A stretch of 64,000 nt of DNA from positions 168,932 to 232,931 of IMG/VR virus record IMGVR_UViG_3300033984_000473; one strand, 5' to 3'. Positions 10,152 through 18,357 of the stretch are shown here, one piece after another. The notes beneath the pieces are model-generated. The model did no database searches and was not told the DNA's origin. It saw only the letters and a list, made by a program, of their open reading frames with translations. The translations under genes and the position numbers were made by a program. Numbering within the stretch: position 1 is the first letter of the stretch; every line of letters starts with the position of its first letter.

Positions 10152-10498
10152 TATTTCTTACCTTTGGTAGCTGGAGCCTCGTCAGCAAACCATTCATCAT
10201 AGATTGATTGTGCTTCCACAAGTTGAACTTCTTTCAAAGCTAAATCCATTTTTGTTCTGTGTAATTCAGCCACCCATTTAGCAGCGTTGAAATCAGCACC
10301 ACCTGGACGTAGAGAGTAAGTGTTCTCTGGAGCCAAGTCAGTCAAGTCATTTAACTTGCTATTCAATTGCAATTTCTCTTTTCTTAGGTTTGCGATGAAA
10401 GACTCAACTTCCAATACGGCAGCATCTGCTAAATTTTTCGCTCTGTTTCCTAATGTTGCTGAACTATCCGCTGATAGCATTTGTGCAAATTTACTCAT
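10151..10498 (-). CDS. hypothetical protein
   Basis: 115-aa ORF with promoter at ~10545. Confidence 0.7.
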   Translation of the reverse strand: MSKFAQMLSADSSATLGNRAKNLADAAVLEVESFIANLRKEKLQLNSKLNDLTDLAPENTYSLRPGGADFNAAKWVAELHRTKMDLALKEVQLVEAQSIYDEWFADEAPATKGKK

Positions 10499-10595
10499 AA
10501 TTTTCTAGTTTTAAATTAAATTGTTTTTGTTTATTTTTTAGATTACAAAGGTATGAAATGTTTTTGACCTGTGCAAGTTTTTTTTAAAGTTTTTT

Positions 10596-10751
10596 TTAGT
10601 CGAGGTAAATATCAAACCATTCAACAGCGTAGAAGTCTAACCACATTCCCATTTCTAAATAGAATTGGAAAATTCTCTCGTCTCCACCGATTTCCATACG
10701 TAGTTTCTCTATGATGTAATCGGCCATGTATTGTAATATCTTTCTTTTCAT
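10596..10751 (-). CDS. small protein (51 aa), probably on a leaderless mRNA
   Basis: MKRKILQYMADYIIEK...DIYLD; ATG 4 nt after TACCTTTG. Confidence 0.6.
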   Translation of the reverse strand: MKRKILQYMADYIIEKLRMEIGGDERIFQFYLEMGMWLDFYAVEWFDIYLD

Positions 10752-10778
10752 AATACAAAGGTACTAATTAGTTTTTTA

Positions 10779-11156
10779 TTATCCAAACAATGTGTTGTGT
10801 TTTTTTGAAAATTTTTTAGCAATTCTTTTATAAAACTCTGTTAGTAGCGAACTAGGAATCTTAATCCCTTCATCTTCAAATATATCCAAGATTTCTTTAG
10901 GTGTAAACGTTCCTTCAACAATACCATCTGACCATTGGTCACTCCAAAGTCCCCAAGACTTTTTACCTACAATAACAGCTTTTACTATATTAGGGTGTCT
11001 TGATACTATTGGGACTCCATTTCTAAAATCTCCATTGTCAAATTTTCTGAATGTGAATTTTCCTTCTGTTTCGTTGACATCAAATTCAACCTTTACGATA
11101 GCACCACAAAAAGATAGGATGCCTTTCCTATTTGATTTAAGGAAGAAGTTGAACAT
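10779..11156 (-). CDS. hypothetical protein
   Basis: 125-aa ORF; frame stays open ~35 codons upstream, so the start is uncertain. Confidence 0.6.
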   Translation of the reverse strand: MFNFFLKSNRKGILSFCGAIVKVEFDVNETEGKFTFRKFDNGDFRNGVPIVSRHPNIVKAVIVGKKSWGLWSDQWSDGIVEGTFTPKEILDIFEDEGIKIPSSLLTEFYKRIAKKFSKKHNTLFG

Positions 11157-11305
11157 TTCATTGAAATTATCGGAATACTTGGTTAGCTTTTTTTGATGTC
11201 TGCTACCAGTTTCCTTTTTACGTAACTCTATACGTTCTTGTCTTGTTAACGGGCTCCCAAGCGGTCACCCCCATTTTGTGTGTTTTTCATAACATTTATA
11301 TTTGT

Positions 11306-11380
11306 TGTTGAGGAAGAGGGACTTGAACCCTACTCTACCACCCGTCTAGGTGGTCTTCTAACCAGTTAAAGTATTCCCCA
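11306..11380 (-). ncRNA. degenerate tRNA-like gene with 6-nt anticodon loop
   Basis: Cloverleaf with CCACC-TAGACG-GGTGG; anticodon not assignable. Confidence 0.5.
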
Positions 11381-11467
11381 AAATTACCAGAGGTTGCCAG
11401 ATAGAATTTATAATACCTGTGTTTTCAACCTTTCTCCGTAAATAAAATTACCAGAAGTTACCAGATT

Positions 11468-11588
11468 TGCAGCGGCACCAGGAATCGAACCTAGAACAAT
11501 GGCGTGACAGGCTATATTGAATGCTGAACGTAATCTTCTTAATCAGATTAACTTTTTTAACATTGTTATACCATTTAACTATACCGCT
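11468..11588 (-). ncRNA. tRNA-Asp(GTC)-like RNA with inserted CWGCAA-family module (E2)
   Basis: Normal acceptor, D and T arms, G73; anticodon arm carries AAAAAAGTTAATCT..AAGATTACGTTCAGCA..TATAGC CTGTCAC GC. Confidence 0.7.
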
Positions 11589-11590
11589 AG

Positions 11591-11663
11591 TGGAGCCACG
11601 GAGATTCGAACTCCGTTCTGCTGGGTGCAAGCCAACTATTTTCGCCCAGTAAACTATGACCCC
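11591..11663 (-). tRNA. tRNA-Ala(TGC)
   Basis: Loop CTTGCAC, G3:U70 pair. Confidence 0.93.
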
Positions 11664-11728
11664 AATTTTCTAATTCTACGCTTACAATATGTAGTTCTAT
11701 GAATTAGTAACAGTCTCATCTGTAACTA

Positions 11729-12400
11729 TTATTCTCTACCTTGAAACCATCCTTGTAATAGGTAATTTTCAAGTTCTTCTTTTTTAATCTTTTTGTTAAT
11801 ACTATCTTTGGTTATCCAACATGTACCATATTGGCTATTTGTCTTACCAGTTCCAGTACCCTTTTTCTTTTCAGACATCAATTTTTTAGTTTCTTCTGAA
11901 TGATTTCTATCATTCCAATCGAACCTTTTTATTTTACCAGTTAACAACATATTTGTCATATGTGTTGAAGCTTTATCTCTATGTATTTTAGCAAATTCTT
12001 CATCATTTTTTAATTTGTCAGCAAAAGCTTTTCCAGCACAAACTGAACGATGTTTTTGTTGTTCATCGCTGATAAAACCACCACTTCCACCACCCATTAA
12101 ATTCATACAGTTTTTATCTGTTATCATTTCTGGTGTGATAGTTTTTATCTCAGCTTCAACCAACAATTCTCTTGTTTCAAAGAACTCTAAAATTTCTTTA
12201 TTGAAATTCTCAATCCCATACTTACGCATTGAAGCTCTTAATCTTCTACCGCTACCTAAGTAACCATCATTTATGTCATTCGTACTATGCATCCCTACAT
12301 AATATCTTCCTGTTACATTACATGTTGTTTTATACAAATAATGTATTGTTTTTTCTTTTCTTGTCATTGTCGTATATCTTTTATTATAAATATACGACAA
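11729..12400 (-). CDS. GIY-YIG homing endonuclease (Seg-like)
   Basis: YLYKTT..YYVGMH..YLGSG motif; inside a tRNA array. Confidence 0.9.
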   Translation of the reverse strand: MSYIYNKRYTTMTRKEKTIHYLYKTTCNVTGRYYVGMHSTNDINDGYLGSGRRLRASMRKYGIENFNKEILEFFETRELLVEAEIKTITPEMITDKNCMNLMGGGSGGFISDEQQKHRSVCAGKAFADKLKNDEEFAKIHRDKASTHMTNMLLTGKIKRFDWNDRNHSEETKKLMSEKKKGTGTGKTNSQYGTCWITKDSINKKIKKEELENYLLQGWFQGRE

Positions 12401-12419
12401 AGTACAAAAAAGTCAAGGG

Positions 12420-12491
12420 CGGTCTATGAGAGAATCGAACTCTCATCTCTACCGTGACAGGGTAGCATCCTAGCCGTTGAACGAATAGACC
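12420..12491 (-). tRNA. tRNA-Asp(GTC)
   Basis: Loop CTGTCAC, G73. Confidence 0.93.
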
Positions 12492-12498
12492 TTATATT

Positions 12499-12572
12499 TG
12501 TAGCCCGTAGGGGAGTTGAACCCCTCTTTCTAGGTTGAAAACCGAGCGTCCTTACCGATAGACGAACGGGCC
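12499..12572 (-). tRNA. tRNA-Glu(TTC)
   Basis: Loop TTTTCAA, cloverleaf. Confidence 0.9.
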
Positions 12573-12578
12573 ATTTTT

Positions 12579-12653
12579 TGCGGAACACACGGGAGTCGAA
12601 CCCGCAATCTCTTAAGTGACAGTCAAGGATGTTACCATCAACACCTCTGTTCC
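12579..12653 (-). tRNA. tRNA-Asp(GTC), second copy
   Basis: Loop CTGTCAC, G73. Confidence 0.88.
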
Positions 12654-12745
12654 AATTTAGAGTTTCTTTCCACTCTCAAGTCAACGATGTCTATTATTTC
12701 CCCTAGTTACTGTGCCGACCATCGCATTTGCACACGTTCTTTAAT

Positions 12746-12820
12746 TGTACTACCAACGGGATTCGAACCCGTGTTTTACCCGTGAAAGGGGCACGTCCTT
12801 ACCGACTAGACGATGGTAGC
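12746..12820 (-). tRNA. tRNA-Glu(TTC), second copy
   Basis: Loop CTTTCAC. Confidence 0.93.
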
Positions 12821-12882
12821 ATAGGTGTCCCGTCACTCGTGCACGAGCCATGGCATTACGGGACCGATGTTTTTCCATATTC

Positions 12883-12957
12883 TGTGGTTCCAGTGGGGCT
12901 CGAACCCACGACACCTAGAGCTTCAATCTAGTGCTCTACCAACTGAGCTACAGAACC
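12883..12957 (-). tRNA. tRNA-Phe(GAA), second copy
   Basis: Loop TTGAAGC. Confidence 0.93.
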
Positions 12958-12973
12958 AATTATTTTATTGCAT

Positions 12974-13003
12974 AAAAAAAGTCTGACTTATTAGGTCAGA
13001 CTT
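12974..13003 (-). terminator. attenuator terminator of tRNA array 1
   Basis: AAGTCTGAC-CTAATAA-GTCAGACTTTTTTT between leader ORF and first tRNA. Confidence 0.85.
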
Positions 13004-13028
13004 ATCATTTTGTTAGATTAACTACTCG

Positions 13029-13118
13029 TTAACTTATGACAGTGTTTGACCTTCCGAAAGAGTAATCCTCTTCGGCTGCGAAAAATGCGATATCAAATAT
13101 GTTAGTTAATGTTCTCAT
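13029..13118 (-). CDS. leader peptide 1, MRTLTNIFDIAFFAAEEDYSFGRSNTVIS
   Basis: F/D/A/E codon block; AGGTCAAAC segment complementary to the terminator 5' arm. Confidence 0.8.
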   Translation of the reverse strand: MRTLTNIFDIAFFAAEEDYSFGRSNTVIS

Positions 13119-13155
13119 AGTTTTTTATTTTTGTGGGTTTCCCCTTTTTGTTTGT

Positions 13156-13197
13156 TTATAAATATACTCTTATTCTTAAAAGTTATACAAAGGTACT
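13156..13197 (-). promoter_or_regulatory. tandem host-type (TACCTTTG) and late-type (TATTTATA) promoter cassette
   Basis: Near-identical cassette also at 15338-15379 and 42678-42718. Confidence 0.75.
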
Positions 13198-13225
13198 ACT
13201 TTTTTTAATACAAGTCAAGTTTTTT

Positions 13226-13543
13226 TTAATCTTTTTTTAATATTTTTTGTAACTTCCTAAGTGTCAGCAGTTCTAATAATACGTCACCATGACATTTTTC
13301 TGGCTTACAGAAGCAACCTAGTGTCTTACCTTCTAATTCATCTAGGGATTCCATCAACTCTGGGCTAGCCAATACATATTCTTTGTACTTAGATAATGCT
13401 TCTTCTTTTGAATCCACTATTTCTTTTGCCAGTGTTGGTCTATCTTTGATTATCGTATAAGGACAACCCCATTTGGAACCTCTACCTATATAAACATCGA
13501 AAGCTTCATCTTTCATGTTAACAATCTTGGTTATATTACTCAT
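13226..13543 (-). CDS. DUF4326-family protein
   Basis: DVYIGRGSKWG..LGCFCKPEKCHGDVL. Confidence 0.85.
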   Translation of the reverse strand: MSNITKIVNMKDEAFDVYIGRGSKWGCPYTIIKDRPTLAKEIVDSKEEALSKYKEYVLASPELMESLDELEGKTLGCFCKPEKCHGDVLLELLTLRKLQKILKKD

Positions 13544-13823
13544 CTTTAAAAATTTTATCTTTAAATCTCCAGTACCAACCTTTTAAGCCACTAGATACTC
13601 TATCATCTTCTTCAGCACAGAAACTTTCAAAAGGTCTTACTTTTAAGTCTAACCATAATTTGCTAGTTGCTACATTCAAACTAGGATATTTTTTAAATGA
13701 ATCATCGTAACGCTCTTCATATTCTTTATAATTAGTAAAAATATGAAAATCATTTCGTAACGCTACTTGTGTTACCATATAATGAATCCAAATCTTATAT
13801 TTATCATCTTCGCTAAACTCCAT
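13536..13823 (-). CDS. hypothetical protein
   Basis: 95-aa ORF with promoter. Confidence 0.65.
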   Translation of the reverse strand: MEFSEDDKYKIWIHYMVTQVALRNDFHIFTNYKEYEERYDDSFKKYPSLNVATSKLWLDLKVRPFESFCAEEDDRVSSGLKGWYWRFKDKIFKDE

Positions 13824-13876
13824 TGTTTATTTTTTTTACAAAGGTACAATTAAAAAATGACAATAGCAAATATATT

Positions 13877-13962
13877 TGTGACCAAGGTGAGACTCGAACT
13901 CACACTCCCTAATGGGAACCAGCTTCTTAGACTGGCGGGTCTACCAATTCCCCCACTCGGCC
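13877..13962 (-). tRNA. tRNA-Leu(AAG)
   Basis: Class II cloverleaf, loop CTAAGAA. Confidence 0.9.
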
Positions 13963-13968
13963 AAATAC

Positions 13969-14048
13969 AAGATAGTTTTGTGGGATTGAACCACTTAGTT
14001 TTGTGTATGAGACAAAATTTTAACCGTTTTGTTTGCAGTAACTATCTT
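13969..14048 (-). ncRNA. CWGCAA-family tRNA mimic with CAT anticodon arm (E3)
   Basis: AAGATAGTT/AACTATCTT stem replaces the acceptor; TTACTGCAA; TTTTGT-CTCATAC-ACAAAA; T arm GTGG TTCAATC CCAC. Confidence 0.7.
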
Positions 14049-14052
14049 TTAG

Positions 14053-14127
14053 TACATCTTGTAGGATTCGAACCTACGACTTCCACCTTGTAAGGATGGC
14101 ACTCTGAACCAACTGAGTTAAAGATGC
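14053..14127 (-). tRNA. tRNA-Val(TAC)
   Basis: Loop CTTACAA. Confidence 0.93.
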
Positions 14128-14131
14128 ATAT

Positions 14132-14214
14132 TGTACCCATGGCGAGAGTCGAACTCGCACCCCTTTCGAGCCTAGTTTCTAAGACTAGTGTGTCTACCAT
14201 TCCACCACACGGGC
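14132..14214 (-). tRNA. tRNA-Leu(TAG)
   Basis: Loop CTTAGAA, variable arm. Confidence 0.93.
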
Positions 14215-14273
14215 AAATTTCGGTCTATAAGGTCAGACCGACAACCAGAGCCTTCTCCCTAGGGAGATGCCAG

Positions 14274-14358
14274 TAGCCGAAGTGGGACTCGAACCCACAC
14301 GCCCATTACTGAGCACTGGATTTTAAGTCCAGCGTGTCTACCATTCCACCATTCGGCC
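14274..14358 (-). tRNA. tRNA-Leu(TAA)
   Basis: Loop CTTAAAA, variable arm. Confidence 0.93.
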
Positions 14359-14368
14359 AAATTATCTT

Positions 14369-14593
14369 CTATTCAGAAGATATCATTTGTTTAGCTTTCC
14401 CTTCATATAAGTCAGCAAGGTTTATTTTTCCTTCAGTGTTGGTCAATCCTTCCAAAAGACCACTAGCTTCCCATTTTTCAATGATTTTAGCTTTTTGATA
14501 TTCACCAACACATCTATGATGCATAAACTTTCTATCATGAATAGCCGCAACTCCTTGGCTATGTTCTCCGCAATGTGCACATGTAAATGTCAT
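14369..14593 (-). CDS. Zn-finger plus capsid-N-terminus-like small protein
   Basis: CxxC..HxxC then IIEKWEASGLLEGL..LADLYE. Confidence 0.6.
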   Translation of the reverse strand: MTFTCAHCGEHSQGVAAIHDRKFMHHRCVGEYQKAKIIEKWEASGLLEGLTNTEGKINLADLYEGKAKQMISSE

Positions 14594-14620
14594 AATTTTT
14601 AGTTTTAATTTTTGTTATTT

Positions 14621-14694
14621 TGTAGGAATAGGGAATTTTGAAATCCCGACCTATTGTATGTAACACAATCGCTCTCCCTCTGAGCTACACTCCT
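14621..14694 (-). tRNA. tRNA-Val(TAC), second divergent copy
   Basis: Loop GTTACAT. Confidence 0.85.
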
Positions 14695-14704
14695 AATTGA
14701 TAGC

Positions 14705-15088
14705 TTATACTACCTTTATAAATTCTCCTTTGTCAATGGCTTTTGAAATCCATCTATTTAAGTCTGAACCTTTCATTTCAGCTTCAAAGGTTGTTGTACC
14801 TAAATCTTCTGATAATTGAATTCCAGGAACAGAATCAAATATTGGTTCTCTATCTTCAACCGTTGCAATTGGAAACTGATATGTTCCAACACTCAATTCT
14901 ACTTTGTAATATAAATTACCACTTACATAATGACTAAATTTAGCCATATTTTTTGACTTATACAAGTCTTTCTTTACTTCGTTTTTATCAAACGCTTTTG
15001 CTTCCATATACATTGTTGTTTTTATTTGTCCAGATGAAGCATAAGTAACAAAAGAACCTATTTCAACTATTTCTTCATTATTTTCCAT
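14705..15088 (-). CDS. hypothetical protein
   Basis: 127-aa ORF. Confidence 0.7.
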   Translation of the reverse strand: MENNEEIVEIGSFVTYASSGQIKTTMYMEAKAFDKNEVKKDLYKSKNMAKFSHYVSGNLYYKVELSVGTYQFPIATVEDREPIFDSVPGIQLSEDLGTTTFEAEMKGSDLNRWISKAIDKGEFIKVV

Positions 15089-15105
15089 CTTTTCTTTTTT
15101 TTTAG

Positions 15106-15177
15106 AGGCACCGACTGGATTCGAACCAGTGTACGAGGTTTTGCAAACCCCTACCTAAACCACTCGGCCACGGTGCC
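15106..15177 (-). tRNA. tRNA-Cys(GCA)
   Basis: Loop TTGCAAA, U73. Confidence 0.93.
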
Positions 15178-15184
15178 ATTAAAT

Positions 15185-15214
15185 AAAAAACCCACCTAAT
15201 TTCTTAGATGGGTT
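15185..15214 (-). terminator. attenuator terminator of tRNA array 2
   Basis: AACCCATCTAA-GAAA-TTAGGTGGGTTTTTT. Confidence 0.85.
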
Positions 15215-15241
15215 CCATTGTTATAGTATTTAATTACTTAC

Positions 15242-15319
15242 TTAACAAGCATAACCCATCCTGTCTGCTACTAGCAAACATAAGACTAAAAGGACTACTA
15301 CGTTGTTAAAATTTTTCAT
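15242..15319 (-). CDS. leader peptide 2, MKNFNNVVVLLVLCLLVADRMGYAC
   Basis: 11 consecutive V/L/C codons; GATGGGTT complementary to the terminator 5' arm. Confidence 0.8.
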   Translation of the reverse strand: MKNFNNVVVLLVLCLLVADRMGYAC

Positions 15320-15443
15320 TGTTATATTTTTTGTTTGTTTATAAATATACTCTTATCTCTAAAAGTTATACAAAGGTACGAAACATTTTTGTAATAGTCA
15401 AGCTTTTTTATGTTTTTTTTTGATATTTATAGTAAAAAAGATT

Positions 15444-16187
15444 ATGAAACTTTATAAACTATACGAAACACTAATGTCCGAGGTTGAAAACCCTTCTTGT
15501 GTTTCTAAATTTGGTCAAGAATTATTTGGTGATGAATTAGGTGGTAAAGAACGCAATACACCGATTGAAAACAATTACTTAGAATTGATTAAAGATTTCA
15601 CTGATAATATGTATGGTGAAGAAACTACAAATCAATTCATCAACGCTCTTACCAATCTTAAAAATTGTATGAGCCAATATCCAGATGTTCTAGTTCCAGA
15701 ATCATCAACAGTTTATAGAGGAACGATGATACCATTGACTTACTTCATCAATAACAAACAACCCATAGATATTCAAGGCCCTAACAATTATACTTACAAA
15801 GCCAATAGTCCAGTTCAAAGTTGGTCAATAAGCTACGAAACAGCTTCTAATTTTGGTTCACATGAAACTCTTAATGAAATTGCTAATCATATTGGTCACG
15901 TAGAAACTTCTAGTAGAGAAGACTTGGCTAGATTATTACAAACACTGGTAAACGAGGATATGCGACTTTCTTTTGTATTTGCTTACAAAACATCACCAGA
16001 TGAATTTATCTTTAAATCAGAAGCTTTTAGCAAACTATCTAAAATGGAACATGAAGTTGAACTTATTAGATTTACCAACAAACCAATCCACGTAACCGCA
16101 TATTTCAACGATAATGAGGACAATCATTTATCCGAAGATTCAATCAATTTAATAAAAGCAATTAATGAAGCTATTTCGTTAAGATAA
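15444..16187 (+). CDS. putative ADP-ribosyltransferase (R-S-E type)
   Basis: VYRG, QSWS and EHEV motifs; TATTTATA upstream. Confidence 0.55.
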   Translation: MKLYKLYETLMSEVENPSCVSKFGQELFGDELGGKERNTPIENNYLELIKDFTDNMYGEETTNQFINALTNLKNCMSQYPDVLVPESSTVYRGTMIPLTYFINNKQPIDIQGPNNYTYKANSPVQSWSISYETASNFGSHETLNEIANHIGHVETSSREDLARLLQTLVNEDMRLSFVFAYKTSPDEFIFKSEAFSKLSKMEHEVELIRFTNKPIHVTAYFNDNEDNHLSEDSINLIKAINEAISLR

Positions 16188-16224
16188 CTTGACTATTTAA
16201 AAAAAATTGTCTATAATTGTATCT

Positions 16225-16554
16225 ATGATTGGATATGTTTACCTTTTATTACAAATTGATACCGATGGCCACGAGAGCCACAAGATTGGTATTACCAAAA
16301 ATGACCCACAACTTAGGGTTAAGCAGCTGCAAACGGGTAACCCAAACAAAATAAGTCTTTTAAGAAAGTATCAATCCAAGAACTACTTGAAGGTGGAACG
16401 TTGGTTACACCGTAAACACTCTGGCTCCAAAACTGAAGCCAAGAATGAATGGCGTGTGCTTGCCGATGAATTCGTTTTCTCATTCATAAGCGATTGCCAA
16501 GAAGCTGATGAAACTATCAATTTCCTATTGGAAAATAACTCGCTGTACGATTAA
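16225..16554 (+). CDS. GIY-YIG / T5orf172-family protein
   Basis: YVYLL..KIGIT..RVKQLQTGNP..EW. Confidence 0.85.
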   Translation: MIGYVYLLLQIDTDGHESHKIGITKNDPQLRVKQLQTGNPNKISLLRKYQSKNYLKVERWLHRKHSGSKTEAKNEWRVLADEFVFSFISDCQEADETINFLLENNSLYD

Positions 16555-16555
16555 A

Positions 16556-17059
16556 TTAAGTATTAAAGATTTCTTTAAACGCATCTAAGAAAGCTTGTTT
16601 AGCTTCAGCATGTGTCATACAAACAAATTCTTCATTGTCAACCAAAACCATGTTTTCCCACTCAATGTGTAACATGTCAGCATCAGCTTTTTTAACTTCT
16701 ACATTCAATGGATAATCAAAACCATATTTAGCTCCAATCAATAACATCAAGTTATTCTCATACAACTTATAGTCTGGAAGTCTAGATTTGATTGGTGTTG
16801 GCATGTCAAGCATATAAGCTTCACTAGCATCGTGCATAAGAGCCGCTTTTTTGTTTTCTTGCGATACTCTAGCAGCACAATTAACGCTGTGTTGAGCAAC
16901 AGAATAATGACGGTTCAAATGACCACCAAACCTTGGCATTGAAGCCAAGGCATGTGCGATATCTTCAATACAAATCATATCCATCTCTGGTTCAAAAATG
17001 TTAACGAAAAGCCCAGAGTTTGTTCTTATCGTATCTTTTGGGGCATCAAATATATTCAT
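16556..17059 (-). CDS. HD-domain phosphohydrolase (YfbR/YfdR-like)
   Basis: RFGGH..YSVAQHS..LMHDASEAY..D. Confidence 0.9.
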   Translation of the reverse strand: MNIFDAPKDTIRTNSGLFVNIFEPEMDMICIEDIAHALASMPRFGGHLNRHYSVAQHSVNCAARVSQENKKAALMHDASEAYMLDMPTPIKSRLPDYKLYENNLMLLIGAKYGFDYPLNVEVKKADADMLHIEWENMVLVDNEEFVCMTHAEAKQAFLDAFKEIFNT

Positions 17060-17062
17060 AGT

Positions 17063-18274
17063 TTAAATGTTAGTTGCCGAGATTGGCAAGTTATAGAAAT
17101 CTCTTCTTATTGTTACTAAAAGTGCATCTACTAATCCTGGGTTTACCTTGTTTGGTAAATCAGATTTATCAAATACCTCGTCCATATTTGCTATGGCTTC
17201 ATCGGCCATGACAATCAACCCATCTAAATCAACTTCACCACGTCTAATCTTAAGAAGTTCTTCAGCATCTGGTCGTCTAACGATGATACCTTTACCTTCT
17301 CCGATTTCTGTAGCCATATTGATAAGTCGCATACAATGCATCATGTTCTTACCATCAATCTTTTGACCATGACCTTGAACTTCAACGTATCTGGTTACAT
17401 TTCTTTTATCTAACCATTCTTGGTATTCTTTAAAGTCTTTACAGTGCTCTGAATAACCATCTTTGTTATAAACGATTGTACTGATTGTTTTTTCACCTTT
17501 AGGAATACTAGAAAGACGTAGTTGATTTGAGATACCATAGTTAATGACCCCATCTTCATCTTCATGACCAGTGTTTACAAGTCCTTTATATCCAAGACCC
17601 ATTGGCTTACCAGCATCTTTTAGAACAGCCTTTCTTTGGTTGCGTTCTACTTCTGAAAATTTATCAGAGTGACACATTTCACCAACACTGTCATAAAATA
17701 AAGCATACGTATCCCTAGCGTTAGGTATGTTTACAGCACCTATGAATTTTTCATCGTACTTCCCAGAGTTCCATATTTTCCATGGAATTGATTTCTCACC
17801 TTCAAGTACATAACAGAAATCCAATAGGTCTTTACGAACTACTTTGTCCTGTTCCCAGTTTTGTTTCTTGTTAAGTCCTTTGGCTTTTTTGATTTGCTGT
17901 CTAGCGTAACCACCGAAAGAATCTTTACACGCTTTGGTGATGAAATCTTCCTTGTGAGCAATGATAATGTCAAACAAAGGGTTCTTTGTGACGATACAAT
18001 CTTCTGGACTGTTAAGGAGCTCAAGAACAGTTGGGTTGTTTGTACTCATAAGTTCTAAGAACCTTTTAAGTTCCCAACCCGTCCAATCTTTATTGATATT
18101 CAACTGTTCAACATATCCAGTACCCAAGATATTATCAATAGGCAAGATGTAAACGAATTTTTTATCCACATCAGACGTTGGTGTCTGCGTACCATAGGCT
18201 TGACTACCAATAATGCATTCAAAAAGAATCAATCCATTCTCTTTAAGGTAATCGTATGTAATTTTCTGTGTCAT
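17063..18274 (-). CDS. Pol-beta superfamily nucleotidyltransferase (YcgL/RlaP-like)
   Basis: GSQAYG..SDVD, NPTVLE, KNMMHCMRL. Confidence 0.85.
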   Translation of the reverse strand: MTQKITYDYLKENGLILFECIIGSQAYGTQTPTSDVDKKFVYILPIDNILGTGYVEQLNINKDWTGWELKRFLELMSTNNPTVLELLNSPEDCIVTKNPLFDIIIAHKEDFITKACKDSFGGYARQQIKKAKGLNKKQNWEQDKVVRKDLLDFCYVLEGEKSIPWKIWNSGKYDEKFIGAVNIPNARDTYALFYDSVGEMCHSDKFSEVERNQRKAVLKDAGKPMGLGYKGLVNTGHEDEDGVINYGISNQLRLSSIPKGEKTISTIVYNKDGYSEHCKDFKEYQEWLDKRNVTRYVEVQGHGQKIDGKNMMHCMRLINMATEIGEGKGIIVRRPDAEELLKIRRGEVDLDGLIVMADEAIANMDEVFDKSDLPNKVNPGLVDALLVTIRRDFYNLPISATNI

Positions 18275-18357
18275 ATTCTTAATTTTTAACAAAGGTATGT
18301 ATAATTTATTAAACTACCAAACATTTTTACATTTTAATTCCAGTAAGATAGATAAAT

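Noticed and set aside
11157-11290. 14-codon ORF overlapping an open upstream extension of 10779-11156, possible frameshift
   Set aside because: No recognisable slippery site and no homology evidence; start simply uncertain
11381-11466. Two 22-nt direct repeats (AAATTACCAGAxGTTxCCAGAT) with a 42-nt spacer, like a mini CRISPR
   Set aside because: Only two imperfect units, each internally tandem; no cas genes in the window
12655-12745. Structured spacer that might be a self-cleaving ribozyme (similar case at 52110-52168)
   Set aside because: Could not match hammerhead, twister or pistol core motifs by eye
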